This document shows, one piece after another, positions 46,360-55,359 of a stretch of DNA of 64,000 nucleotides. The translations under genes and the position numbers were made by a program. Each line of letters starts with the position of its first letter. Position 1 is the stretch's first letter. The notes beneath the pieces are model-generated. The model was not told where the DNA came from and made no database searches. It saw only the letters and a list, made by a program, of their open reading frames with translations. This DNA is from Candidatus Aminicenantes bacterium (lineage in GTDB: Bacteria; Acidobacteriota; Aminicenantia; Aminicenantales; Saccharicenantaceae). The DNA lies in contig JAPKZD010000003.1 of the NCBI GenBank assembly GCA_026393975.1, forward strand, positions 254,858 through 318,857, given 5' to 3'.

Positions 46360-48780
46360 ATGAAGGCCCCGCCGCTCAAGAAGAAGATCGAGACCTCGGC
46401 CATGAGCCGGCGGAGCTTCCTCCGTTGGAGCGCTCTCGTCGGTTCGACGGCCGCCGCCTCGAAAGGGCTCGCCGCCGGGTTCCGCCGGCGCGACCCCCGT
46501 CATGCCCTGGTCGAACGGGCGCCGTCCGAGGAACGCATGATCCGGACGGGCTGCCCCTCCCATAACTGCGGCGGCCGCTGTCTGCTCAAGGTTTTCGTCC
46601 GCGACGGCGTGATCGTCCGCATCGAAACGGACGACCGCCCCGGCGACACTATCGCCGACCCCCAGCTCCGGGCCTGCGTCCGCGGCCGGGCCTACCGCAA
46701 GCGGCAGTATCATCCCGACCGCCTCAAATACCCCATGAAGCGGGCGGGGAAGAGGGGTGAAGGCAAGTTCGAGCGCGTCAGCTGGGAGGAAGCCCTCGAC
46801 CGGATCGCCTCGGAGTTCAAGCGGATCAAGGCGGCCTACGGCAACCAGGCTTTTTACGTTCCCTACGGCACGGGCAGCTACAACCAGATTAACGGCCGGC
46901 AGACGGCCCAACGGCTGATGAACCTCTACGACGGCTCCCTGGGCTTCTACAACAGCTACTCGTGGGCCGCGATTTCCGCGGCGACTCCCACGGTCTATGG
47001 TACCAGCGTTACCGGAAACCAGCGCCAAGACTGGCTCAACTCCAAGTACATCCTGATGTGGAGCTGGAACCCGGCCGAGATGCGCGACGGGACGAACAGC
47101 GAGTACTTCGTCCAGAAGGCCCGGGAGAAAGGCGCCCGGGTCGTCTGCGTCGACCCGCGGATGACCCTGAGCGCCGTCTCGCTCGCCGACGAGTGGGTCC
47201 CCATCCGGCCCGGGACGGACGCGGCCATGATGTCGGCCATGGCCCACGTCATGATCCGGGAAAATCTCTACGACGCGGAGTTCGTGCGGACCCACTGTGT
47301 CGGGTTCGACGAGACCCAAATGCCGGAAGGCGCCGCCGGCGCCGAGACTTACAAGGATTACATCCTCGGCACCCGCGACGGCCGGCCCAAGTCGCCGGAA
47401 TGGGCCGAGGCCATCACCGCGGTCCCGCGCGAGACGATCGCCCGCCTCGCCCGCGAATACGCCACGTCGAAACCCGCCGTCCTCTACCAGGGTTACGGCA
47501 TGCAGAGACGGGCCTACGGCGAGCAGGCGGTGAGGGCCGGCTGCGTCCTCGCGGCCATCACCGGGAACGTCGGCGTCCCCGGCGGCTGGGCCAGCGGCAT
47601 CGCCCTCCAGGCGCCGGACGGCGGTCCGTTCTGGCTCGTCTTCCCGACGGGCGAGAATCCGGTCAAGGCCATGATCCCGAGCTTCCTCTGGACCGAAGCG
47701 GTCCTCCGGGGAAAGACAATGGGAGAGGCCGACGGCGTCCGCGGCGCGGACGCGCTAGACACGAACATCAAGTGCATCTGGGCTGTCGCCTGCAACGCCC
47801 TGATCAATCAGCACGCCAACGTCAACCGGACGGCCCGCATCCTGGCCGACGAGAAGCGCGTCGAGTTCCTCCTCGTCCAGGACAACTTCCTGACGCCGAC
47901 CGCGCGCTTCGCCGACATCCTGCTCCCGGTCTGCACCCAGTTCGAAACCTGGGGCCTCGAGGACGGCTGGAAGTACGGCGACGAGGTCATCCTCATGCCC
48001 AAGGTCGTCGAGCCGCCCTTCGAGACGAAAAGCGATTACCGCATTTGCGCCGAGATCGCCGCCCGGCTCGGGCTCGAAGAGGCCTACACCGAGGGCCGGA
48101 CCGAGCGAGACTGGATCGCCTGGTCGCTCGACCGCTACCGCCAGTCGCGCTTTCCCGGCCTGCCGACCCTGGACGAGTTCGAGGCGTCCAACGCCGGCGT
48201 CTATTCCCTCCCGGTCGAGCGGCCGGCGGTGGCCTTTACCGATTTCCGGCGCGATCCCCTCAAGTATCCCCTGCCGACGCCTTCGGGGAAGATCGAAATA
48301 TTCTCGAAGCGCCTCCACGACATGAACAACCCGGCCGAGATCCCCGCCGTCCCGAAGTACATCCAGGAGTGGGAGAGCCCCTTCGGCCCCGAGCCCAAAA
48401 AATACCCGCTCTCGGTCATCGGGCATCATTATCTCTCCCGCGTCCATTCGACCCTCGAGGGCGTCGACTGGCTCGAGGAGGCCTTCCCCCAGCGCCTGTT
48501 CATCAACCCGCTCGACGCCGGGCCGAGGAAAGTCAAGAACGGCGACCTGGTCCGGGTCTTCAACGACCGGGGCGCCGTCATCGTCCCGTGACGGCTGACC
48601 CAACGGAGCATGCCCGGGGTCGTCGCCCTGCCGCAGGGCGCCTGGTGGACGCCGGACAAGAACGGCGTCGACCGGCGCGGCTCGGTCAACGTCCTCTCCT
48701 CGGAGCGCTGGACGCCCATGGCCTTCGGCAACGCTCAGCACACGATCATGGTCCAGGTGGAAAAGGCGGAGGCGGCCTGA
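46360..48780 (+). pseudogene. dmsA: Tat-exported DMSO-reductase-family molybdoenzyme (DmsA/YnfE-like) with an in-frame TGA at 48589-48591
   Basis: SRRSFL Tat motif, CPSHNCGGRC, YS Ser-ligand region and TPSGKIEI. After the TGA the frame continues RLTQRSMPGVVALPQGAWW...GNAQHT.MVQVEK to a stop at 48780, with dmsB starting at 48782. Confidence 0.88.
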
Positions 48781-48781
48781 C

Positions 48782-49399
48782 ATGGTCACCCAGTACGCCT
48801 TTTTCTTCAACGCCGCCGCCTGCAGCGGCTGCAAGGCCTGTCAGATGGCCTGCAAGGACCGGAACAACCTGGAGCCCGGCCTCCTCTGGCGCCGCGTCTA
48901 CGAGGTGGCCGGCGGGGGGTGGGAGAAAAAAGGCGAAGTCTGGGTCCCATCCGTCGTCGCCTACAACATCTCCATGGCCTGCAACCACTGCGAAAAGCCC
49001 GTCTGCGGCCTGTCCTGCCCGGTCAAGGCGATCTGGAAACGCGAGGACGGGATCGTCTTCGTCGACACGGACCGCTGCATCGGCTGCCGCTACTGCGAAT
49101 GGGCCTGCCCGTACACGGCTCTCCGCTTCAACGCCACGACGAACACCGTCTCCAAGTGCGATTTCTGCTTTGAGGCCGTGGATGCGGGCGGGCCGCCGGC
49201 CTGCGTCGCCGCCTGCCCTCAGCGGGCCCTCGACTTTGGCGACCTGGCCGAGCTCCGGAAGAAGTACGGCGAAACGCGGCAGATCTTCCCCCTTCCCGAC
49301 CCTTCCCTAACCGACCCGGCCCTCGTCATCAAGCCGCACCGGGACGCCGCCCGGGCCGCGGAGCGGGCGGCCGAGGTGGCCAACTGGGAAGAAGTCTAG
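48782..49399 (+). CDS. dmsB: DmsB-like 4x[4Fe-4S] subunit
   Basis: CSGCKACQMAC, CNHCEKPVC...C, CIGCRYCEWACP and KCDFC...PACVAACP. Confidence 0.93.
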   Translation: MVTQYAFFFNAAACSGCKACQMACKDRNNLEPGLLWRRVYEVAGGGWEKKGEVWVPSVVAYNISMACNHCEKPVCGLSCPVKAIWKREDGIVFVDTDRCIGCRYCEWACPYTALRFNATTNTVSKCDFCFEAVDAGGPPACVAACPQRALDFGDLAELRKKYGETRQIFPLPDPSLTDPALVIKPHRDAARAAERAAEVANWEEV

Positions 49400-49405
49400 C
49401 CGGCC

Positions 49406-50302
49406 ATGCTTAAGGAGTGGCCTCTCGTCGCCTTCACGATCGTCGGCCAGATGGCCGTGGGGGTTTACCTCACGGCCTTTTTCCCCTGGGCGTTGTTGGC
49501 CGTCGTATTCCCCGCGTCCGCTGGCCCTCCTCCTGACGGCGCGACCCAAGGATTGAGGATTGCCCTCCTAGCCCTTGTCTTTGCCCTTTTGGCGGCAGCC
49601 GCTCTCGTCTCGTTCTTCCACCTCCATCATCCCTTTCGGGCCCGGTACGTGTTGAGCAACCTGCGATCGTCCTGGCTCAGCCGCGAGATCCTGTTCGAGC
49701 TCGGCTTCATGGCCTTCGTCGCCCTGGGCGTGTTCCTGACCTGGAGGCAGCCGACGGGCGTCGGCCTATTGAACGCCGTACTGGCCTTGGCGGGTTTGAT
49801 GGGAATCATGTTCCTTGTGAGCATGTCGAAGCTCTATATGCTCCCAGCCGCCCCGGCTTGGAACCATGCTTACACGCCACTCTCTTTTATCATGACCGCC
49901 CTAGCCCTAGGGGCCATGGCTACGGCGCTCCTCATCGATATCCTGGCGGGTGGGCGGCAAATTTTCGGATATTTGCTGCTTCTTTCTTTCCCACTCGTCG
50001 GCGCCAAGATCATCTTTTCGCTTTTCCTCACTCCCGGACATGGAATATACGGTTCTCGGTCCGGGCCGTCGCTCCGGCCGCCGGCCGAGACGCCCCGGTT
50101 GCTGCATTTGGGACGACTGACGCTATTGACGGCGGGCCTCGTTCTCATCGGAGCGGCGATAATAGCGAGGGACGTGGAGTTCCGGGCAGCAACCGGATCG
50201 GGAGTCAGCGGGCTCCTTGCCGTGGCGTTCGTACTGGTCCTCGCAAGTGAGGTCGCCGGACGATTCCTTTTCTACGGACTCCTCACGCGGCCCGGCCGCT
50301 GA
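49406..50302 (+). CDS. dmsC: DmsC-like membrane anchor
   Basis: EWPLV.FT...Q.AVG, S.FHL.HP, NL.SSWLSREI and EV.GR.LFY. Confidence 0.9.
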   Translation: MLKEWPLVAFTIVGQMAVGVYLTAFFPWALLAVVFPASAGPPPDGATQGLRIALLALVFALLAAAALVSFFHLHHPFRARYVLSNLRSSWLSREILFELGFMAFVALGVFLTWRQPTGVGLLNAVLALAGLMGIMFLVSMSKLYMLPAAPAWNHAYTPLSFIMTALALGAMATALLIDILAGGRQIFGYLLLLSFPLVGAKIIFSLFLTPGHGIYGSRSGPSLRPPAETPRLLHLGRLTLLTAGLVLIGAAIIARDVEFRAATGSGVSGLLAVAFVLVLASEVAGRFLFYGLLTRPGR

Positions 50303-50306
50303 GCGC

Positions 50307-51020
50307 CTATTTTTTCTTGGAGAGCGCGGAGTCCGTCCTCTTCTTCCGACTTATCCGGCCTATCACTCGCGGCCCTTTTTCGGCCCGGCCGGGTTGTCTA
50401 AACGTGAGAGAACGAAGGTACGATCGATAATCTTCGCGGGTGTTGAGATTGCGGAGCCAGGCGGTGTCATCGAGACGGAGAACCGCCGTCCGGCAGCGGC
50501 CGAAGAGGGGAATGATACTCCGCTCGCCGGACCGAAGGAGGGCTTCGGTCTTGGGAACCACGGATTTCCTGTAGACGGCGAAGAGCGGCTCGAAATGTCC
50601 GGTCGGGCCGACGGGGACGGCGATCTCGGCGTCGCCCGCCGCCCGCGCGAGTGACCGGAGAAGCGGGATGTCGATGTCCGGGATGTCGCAGGCGACGACG
50701 GCGCAGGCTTCGTTCGCCGCCGCCTTGAGCCCGCTCAGTATCCCGCCGAGGGGTCCGAGGCCGGGGGTCTCATCCTCGACGACTCTCGGCTTTAGACTTC
50801 GGCGGATTGCCGTGCGTTTACCCCGAACTCTGGTTCCAGCCTCATATCCGGCCTCAAGGCCGATCGTTTGTCCCGGGGAAACGCTGACCAGGATCTCCTC
50901 GAAGTATGGCTCGAGCTGACTGAGAACGTGTTCGAGGAGCGTTCGGCCGCCCACCGCGAGCCCGGCCTTGTCAGCCCTCATCCGCCGGCCGCGGCCCCCA
51001 GCCAGGACGATCGCCGTCAT
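50307..51020 (-). CDS. mobA: Molybdenum cofactor guanylyltransferase
   Basis: LAGG...RM..DKA, D...GLGPLGGI, ACD.P, EPLFA.Y and NLNT.EDY. The start is ATG 51020. Confidence 0.9.
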   Translation of the reverse strand: MTAIVLAGGRGRRMRADKAGLAVGGRTLLEHVLSQLEPYFEEILVSVSPGQTIGLEAGYEAGTRVRGKRTAIRRSLKPRVVEDETPGLGPLGGILSGLKAAANEACAVVACDIPDIDIPLLRSLARAAGDAEIAVPVGPTGHFEPLFAVYRKSVVPKTEALLRSGERSIIPLFGRCRTAVLRLDDTAWLRNLNTREDYRSYLRSLTFRQPGRAEKGPRVIGRISRKKRTDSALSKKK

Positions 51021-51207
51021 CGCCTTCCCGCCGCACCGGATCTTTCTTTTCACGCTGCCCATCATAGTGCGTCCGGCCGGCCCATTTCAACCAATGAGAA
51101 CCAGGGCCGAGGGGATAACCGGGAGGAATCCCCGTTCTGTATGGGCGAATCCCGAGGAGGCCGCCGGATAAAGGGGCTGAGGGTGTCGGACGATGCCCGA
51201 GGCCCTC

Positions 51208-51236
51208 TTGACTTCCACCCGGGCCGCTCGGATAAT
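51208..51236 (+). promoter_or_regulatory. sigma70 promoter of the HD-domain gene
   Basis: TTGACT-17 nt-GATAAT. This implies a start at ATG 51253 rather than 51193. Confidence 0.6.
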
Positions 51237-51252
51237 GGGCGGGCACAATCCC

Positions 51253-52146
51253 ATGCTCCTCAAACAGCAAGAATTCTACCGCTCCCTGACCACGCTTTCT
51301 CCCGGGCTCGTCGAGCGCATCCGCCGGACGATCGAGGACGCCGAGAAAAAGTTCTCGGGAAAGAAGGAAGACCGGGGCGGCTTCCTCTGGGAGCACTCCG
51401 TCTTCGTCGCCGCGCAGTCGTTCCGCCTGGCCAAGACGGAAAAGGAGAGCGCGGACCTGGCCGCCCTGACCGCACTTTTCCATGACTCGGGAAAGTTCGC
51501 CGGCGGGCGCTACCATGCCGACGACAAGCCGGAAGAGGAAGAGGCGGCCCGCCTGGCCCGGGAGCTCCTCGAAGAGGCTGGCCTGAAAATGGCCGGCATC
51601 GGCAATGTCGTCCGGGCCCTCCGCTCGCTCTACAATCCCGGCGCGCGCCGCAACCGCCTCGCCGACATCGTCCATGACGCCGACTTTTTGTCCAAGTTCG
51701 GCTACCTCGGCGTGGCCAATTTCTTCGTCAAGTCGACGCTCAGGGGGCGGAACCTCGAGTCCGCCGTAATGGATTACCTGAGCAAGGAACTGACCTACGC
51801 GGCCGTCCTGCCGGCGAACATGCGCACCGCCGCGGCCCGCCGGCTCGCCGCCAAGAAGTCGGCCGACACCCTGCGCTTCTACCGGGCTTTCCTCGACGAG
51901 CTCAAGGACGCGCATGGCATGGACTTCCGCGTCCGGACGGTCGACGTCCGGCGTTCGGGCGAGCGTTCCAAGAGGGCCAGAGTATCGCTCGCCCTGCCGG
52001 CCGCCTGCGGCGCCTGCGGCGGCAAGTGGGAGGCCGATCTCCGGACGGAAAAAGGACTCAAGTGCGAGAGGCTTGAGGCATCGCTCCGCTGCGGCGCCTG
52101 CGGCGACAAGCGCACGATCTCCTTCTGCCTCCCGGAGATGGGCTAA
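51253..52146 (+). CDS. HD-domain hydrolase with a C-terminal Cys-rich zinc ribbon
   Basis: EHS...ALFHDSGK...EE...VHDADFLSK, then CGAC...C...CGAC...C. Confidence 0.75.
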   Translation: MLLKQQEFYRSLTTLSPGLVERIRRTIEDAEKKFSGKKEDRGGFLWEHSVFVAAQSFRLAKTEKESADLAALTALFHDSGKFAGGRYHADDKPEEEEAARLARELLEEAGLKMAGIGNVVRALRSLYNPGARRNRLADIVHDADFLSKFGYLGVANFFVKSTLRGRNLESAVMDYLSKELTYAAVLPANMRTAAARRLAAKKSADTLRFYRAFLDELKDAHGMDFRVRTVDVRRSGERSKRARVSLALPAACGACGGKWEADLRTEKGLKCERLEASLRCGACGDKRTISFCLPEMG

Positions 52147-52196
52147 GCGCTCATGAACGCGCCTTTCCGCATGATATCCCATCATGAGGAGCTATT

Positions 52197-53093
52197 ATGA
52201 AAATCAGACACAGGCATCTCTCTTTCTGGGTGCTTCTGGCCGCGGCCGTCGTTCTCGCCGGAGCTTTCTGCGTCCGGCCGGTCTCCGCTCTGCGGGCGGA
52301 GCGCCCGCATGTCGTCTTCGCCGGCGTCCGGTCGTCGATCTATGGCATCAAACCGTTCCCGGAACCCGCCGAATGGGAAAAGGCGATCCTGACGATGTCC
52401 AGCTACTATAAAGGCTCGACGCCCACCGCGGTTTGGATCGTCGGCAAGATCGTCAACCACACGGATTGCCGTCTTGAATTTCCCGGCGACGCGACCGGCC
52501 TGGCCAAAATTCAATTCTCAGACGCCGACCGCCACGAATCCTATCTCAGCCAATTCGACCGGGCGGGGATCAAGGTCTTCCTCCAGGTCGAACCCGCCAA
52601 CGCGGACATGAAGACGCTCATCGACCTCGTGCTCGGCCGTTACGGCAAGCATCCCTGCGTCATCGGTTTCGGCGTCGACGTCGAGTGGCACCGGGAAGCC
52701 GACCGGCCCAAGCGGGGAGTCCCGGTCGATGACGAGACGGGACGCCGGTGGGAGGCCTGGGTCAAGGCCCACAATCCCGCCTACCGCCTGTTCATCAAAC
52801 ACTGGGACCAGAGCTGGCTGTGTCCTACCTACCGCGGCGATATCATTTTCGTCGACGACAGCCAGATCCTGCCGAATATGGAGGCGATGGTGGCCGAGTT
52901 CGACGCCTGGGGGGAGTTCTTCAAGCCGAACACCGTCCTCTTCCAAATCGGCTATAACTCCGACAAGCCTTGGTGGAGTCAGCTCCCCCAGCCGGCCAGG
53001 ACGCTCGGCCAGGCGATCGCCGCGAAGATCGAACAGGACTGCGGCATCATCTGGGTCGACTTCAGCCTGAAAGACGTCCTGCCCCTCAAATGA
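52197..53093 (+). CDS. Secreted hypothetical protein, putative glycoside-hydrolase-type TIM barrel
   Basis: Signal peptide, G.KVFLQVEP, HPCVIGFGVDVEW and FQ.GY..DK.WW. Confidence 0.65.
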   Translation: MKIRHRHLSFWVLLAAAVVLAGAFCVRPVSALRAERPHVVFAGVRSSIYGIKPFPEPAEWEKAILTMSSYYKGSTPTAVWIVGKIVNHTDCRLEFPGDATGLAKIQFSDADRHESYLSQFDRAGIKVFLQVEPANADMKTLIDLVLGRYGKHPCVIGFGVDVEWHREADRPKRGVPVDDETGRRWEAWVKAHNPAYRLFIKHWDQSWLCPTYRGDIIFVDDSQILPNMEAMVAEFDAWGEFFKPNTVLFQIGYNSDKPWWSQLPQPARTLGQAIAAKIEQDCGIIWVDFSLKDVLPLK

Positions 53094-54211
53094 ACGCGCA
53101 TCGACGGGCCCTCATTTTGGCCGCCGCCGGCCTCATCCTCATGTTTTATGCCTGCCGCTCCGGGAAGACGGGTGCGCCCGCATCCGTCCGGCCCGTCATC
53201 GGGGTCAAGATCTACGAGGCGGCCGCTCCTTTCGATCCTCTCTTCCGGCAATGGCACGACCTCGGCATCAACACCCTTTTCGTGAGCGAAGCGCTGCTCA
53301 AGAACGCCGATTTCAGGGGGCTGGCCCGGACGAACGGGATGACGCTTTTCCTCATCTTCCCCGTCTTCCAGAACCCCGAGGCCTTGAAAGAAGACCCGGG
53401 GCTGGCGGCGGTGACCGCCGCCGGCGCTCCGGCCCGCGAGGAGTGGGTGGAATTCGTCTGCCCGGCGCGAGAGGACTACCTGAGCCGGCGGGCCGGCCAC
53501 CTGAGGGACCTCGTCGCCGAATTCGGCCCGGACGTGGTCAGCCTCGATTTCATCCGCTACTTCGTCTTCTGGGAAAAGGTCGCACCTGACCGGGCGCCGG
53601 AGTCCCTGCCCCAGACGTGCTTCTGCCCGGTCTGCCTGGCCGGTTTCGAGAAGGAGATGGGCGTCCACATTCCCTTCGAGCTCGCCGCCACGGCCGAAAA
53701 AGCGAAGTGGATCCTCGAGACCCGGGCGGCCGAATGGACCGAGTGGAAATGCCGGGTCATCGCCCGGGCGGTGGAACGCCTGGCCGGGGCCGCCCGTCAG
53801 GCCAAGCCCGGAGTCAAGGTCAACATCCATGCCGTCCCTTGGAGGAAGGACGATTTCGGCGGGGCCGTCCGGTCGATCGCCGGCCAGGACCTGACACGGC
53901 TCGCTCCCTACGCCGATTTCATCTCGCCGATGTGCTATCACCACATGGTCCACCGGACTCCGGCCTGGATCCACGAAGTCGTGGCGGACCTTTCCGCCCA
54001 AACCCGCGTGGCCATCCTGGCCAGCACCCAGGTTTCGGAGGCCTACGTCGAGAAAACGCTCGCCCCCGATGAATTCCGGGCCGCTCTCGAAGAGGCGCTG
54101 AAGCCGCCGTCGATCGGCGTCGTCCTCTGGTCCTGGGACGCCCTGTCCAAGTCCCCGGAAAAAAAGGAGATCCTGAAGTCCTCCGCCGGATTGAAAAAAA
54201 AACCCCGATAG
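53090..54211 (+). CDS. Lipoprotein, putative glycoside hydrolase (GHL10/DUF4015-like barrel)
   Basis: ATGA overlap with the upstream gene, MFYA-C lipobox, FVCP, V.LDFIRY, CFC..C and DFISPM.YH. Confidence 0.65.
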   Translation: MNAHRRALILAAAGLILMFYACRSGKTGAPASVRPVIGVKIYEAAAPFDPLFRQWHDLGINTLFVSEALLKNADFRGLARTNGMTLFLIFPVFQNPEALKEDPGLAAVTAAGAPAREEWVEFVCPAREDYLSRRAGHLRDLVAEFGPDVVSLDFIRYFVFWEKVAPDRAPESLPQTCFCPVCLAGFEKEMGVHIPFELAATAEKAKWILETRAAEWTEWKCRVIARAVERLAGAARQAKPGVKVNIHAVPWRKDDFGGAVRSIAGQDLTRLAPYADFISPMCYHHMVHRTPAWIHEVVADLSAQTRVAILASTQVSEAYVEKTLAPDEFRAALEEALKPPSIGVVLWSWDALSKSPEKKEILKSSAGLKKKPR

Positions 54212-54233
54212 GATAAAAATAGGCGTCTGGAGA

Positions 54234-55331
54234 GTGACCATGGATAACGGCAGGCGCCAGGCGTCCTTCCTCGTCCCTATCTTCATGGGGTTCGTCCTCG
54301 CCGCCTGCGAGGTGTCCTACGTTCCGCCCAACCCGGCGAGACCGAACAAGGTCGTCCTGGGGTATTACCCGTCCTGGAAAAAGGCCGAGTTCGACCACAC
54401 GAAGATCGCTTTCAAGAATCTCACCCATATCGCCCACGCCTTCGCTTGGCCGGACTCCTCCGGGAACCTCGTTGTACCCGCCGACTATCTCTATCCTGCG
54501 CTCAACACCGCCGCCCACGCGAGCGGCGTCAAGATGATCCTCAGCCTCGGCGGCTGGGGCAACTGCGCGGGTTTTCCGGGCATGAGCTCGACCGCGGCCA
54601 ACCGGGCTCGGTTCATCGGACAGCTCGTCGATTTCTGCAAGACGAACGCCTACGACGGCGTCGATATCGACTGGGAGTTCGTCTCCAACGTCGAGGAGGA
54701 AGCGAACTTCGTCCTGTTTGTCGAAGCGCTCGGGGCGGCCCTCAAGGCCCAGACGCCGGCCCTGCTCCTGACCCTGGCCGCGACCTCCGGAAATTACTAC
54801 GGGCGCTGGATCGACTATGAGCGCCTGGCCGACGATTTCGACTTCATCGGCTTCATGACTTACGATTATCACGGCGACTGGTCCGACCACTCCGGCCACA
54901 ACGCCCCGCTCTATGCCTGGGGCGGGGACACCTGCGGCTCGCTCGACGAGACCTTCGCTTATGGCCGCAGCCGTCAGGTCCCTCTCAATAAGCTCCTCGT
55001 CGGCCTGCCGTTTTTCGGCCGGTCCTTCGACTGCGCCGGCCTGGGCCAGCCGTTCACGACGAGCGAAGAGTGGTCCTACAAGGACGTCGCGGACCTCCCC
55101 GTGACCGAGTGGACGCTCGTCTGGGACGGCACCGCCCAGGTCCCTTACATGCGCCGTCCCGACGGGACGAAGATCATCTCCTTCGACAACATGAGCTCGA
55201 TCTCGCTCAAGTGCCAGTACGTCAAGGACAAGTCGTCGGCGGGCGTCATCATCTGGGAGCTGAGCGAGGATTACCACGCGGGGACCTCCGAGCTCCTCGA
55301 AGTCGTCGGGAAATCGTTCGGCGTCCGCTGA
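54234..55331 (+). CDS. GH18 chitinase-family lipoprotein
   Basis: SLGGW, intact DGVDIDWE (DxDxE), MTYDYHG.W, GLPFFGRSF and IWELS. Confidence 0.93.
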   Translation: MTMDNGRRQASFLVPIFMGFVLAACEVSYVPPNPARPNKVVLGYYPSWKKAEFDHTKIAFKNLTHIAHAFAWPDSSGNLVVPADYLYPALNTAAHASGVKMILSLGGWGNCAGFPGMSSTAANRARFIGQLVDFCKTNAYDGVDIDWEFVSNVEEEANFVLFVEALGAALKAQTPALLLTLAATSGNYYGRWIDYERLADDFDFIGFMTYDYHGDWSDHSGHNAPLYAWGGDTCGSLDETFAYGRSRQVPLNKLLVGLPFFGRSFDCAGLGQPFTTSEEWSYKDVADLPVTEWTLVWDGTAQVPYMRRPDGTKIISFDNMSSISLKCQYVKDKSSAGVIIWELSEDYHAGTSELLEVVGKSFGVR

Positions 55332-55359
55332 CGGTCCGATTTCGAGATTATTCTTAGAG

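Noticed and set aside
46270-46360. Possible Moco riboswitch upstream of dmsA (CCCCCGCTCGAAAGGTG)
   Set aside because: Only a vague 3' resemblance, and the conserved multi-stem core is not recognisable. An Rfam scan would settle it.
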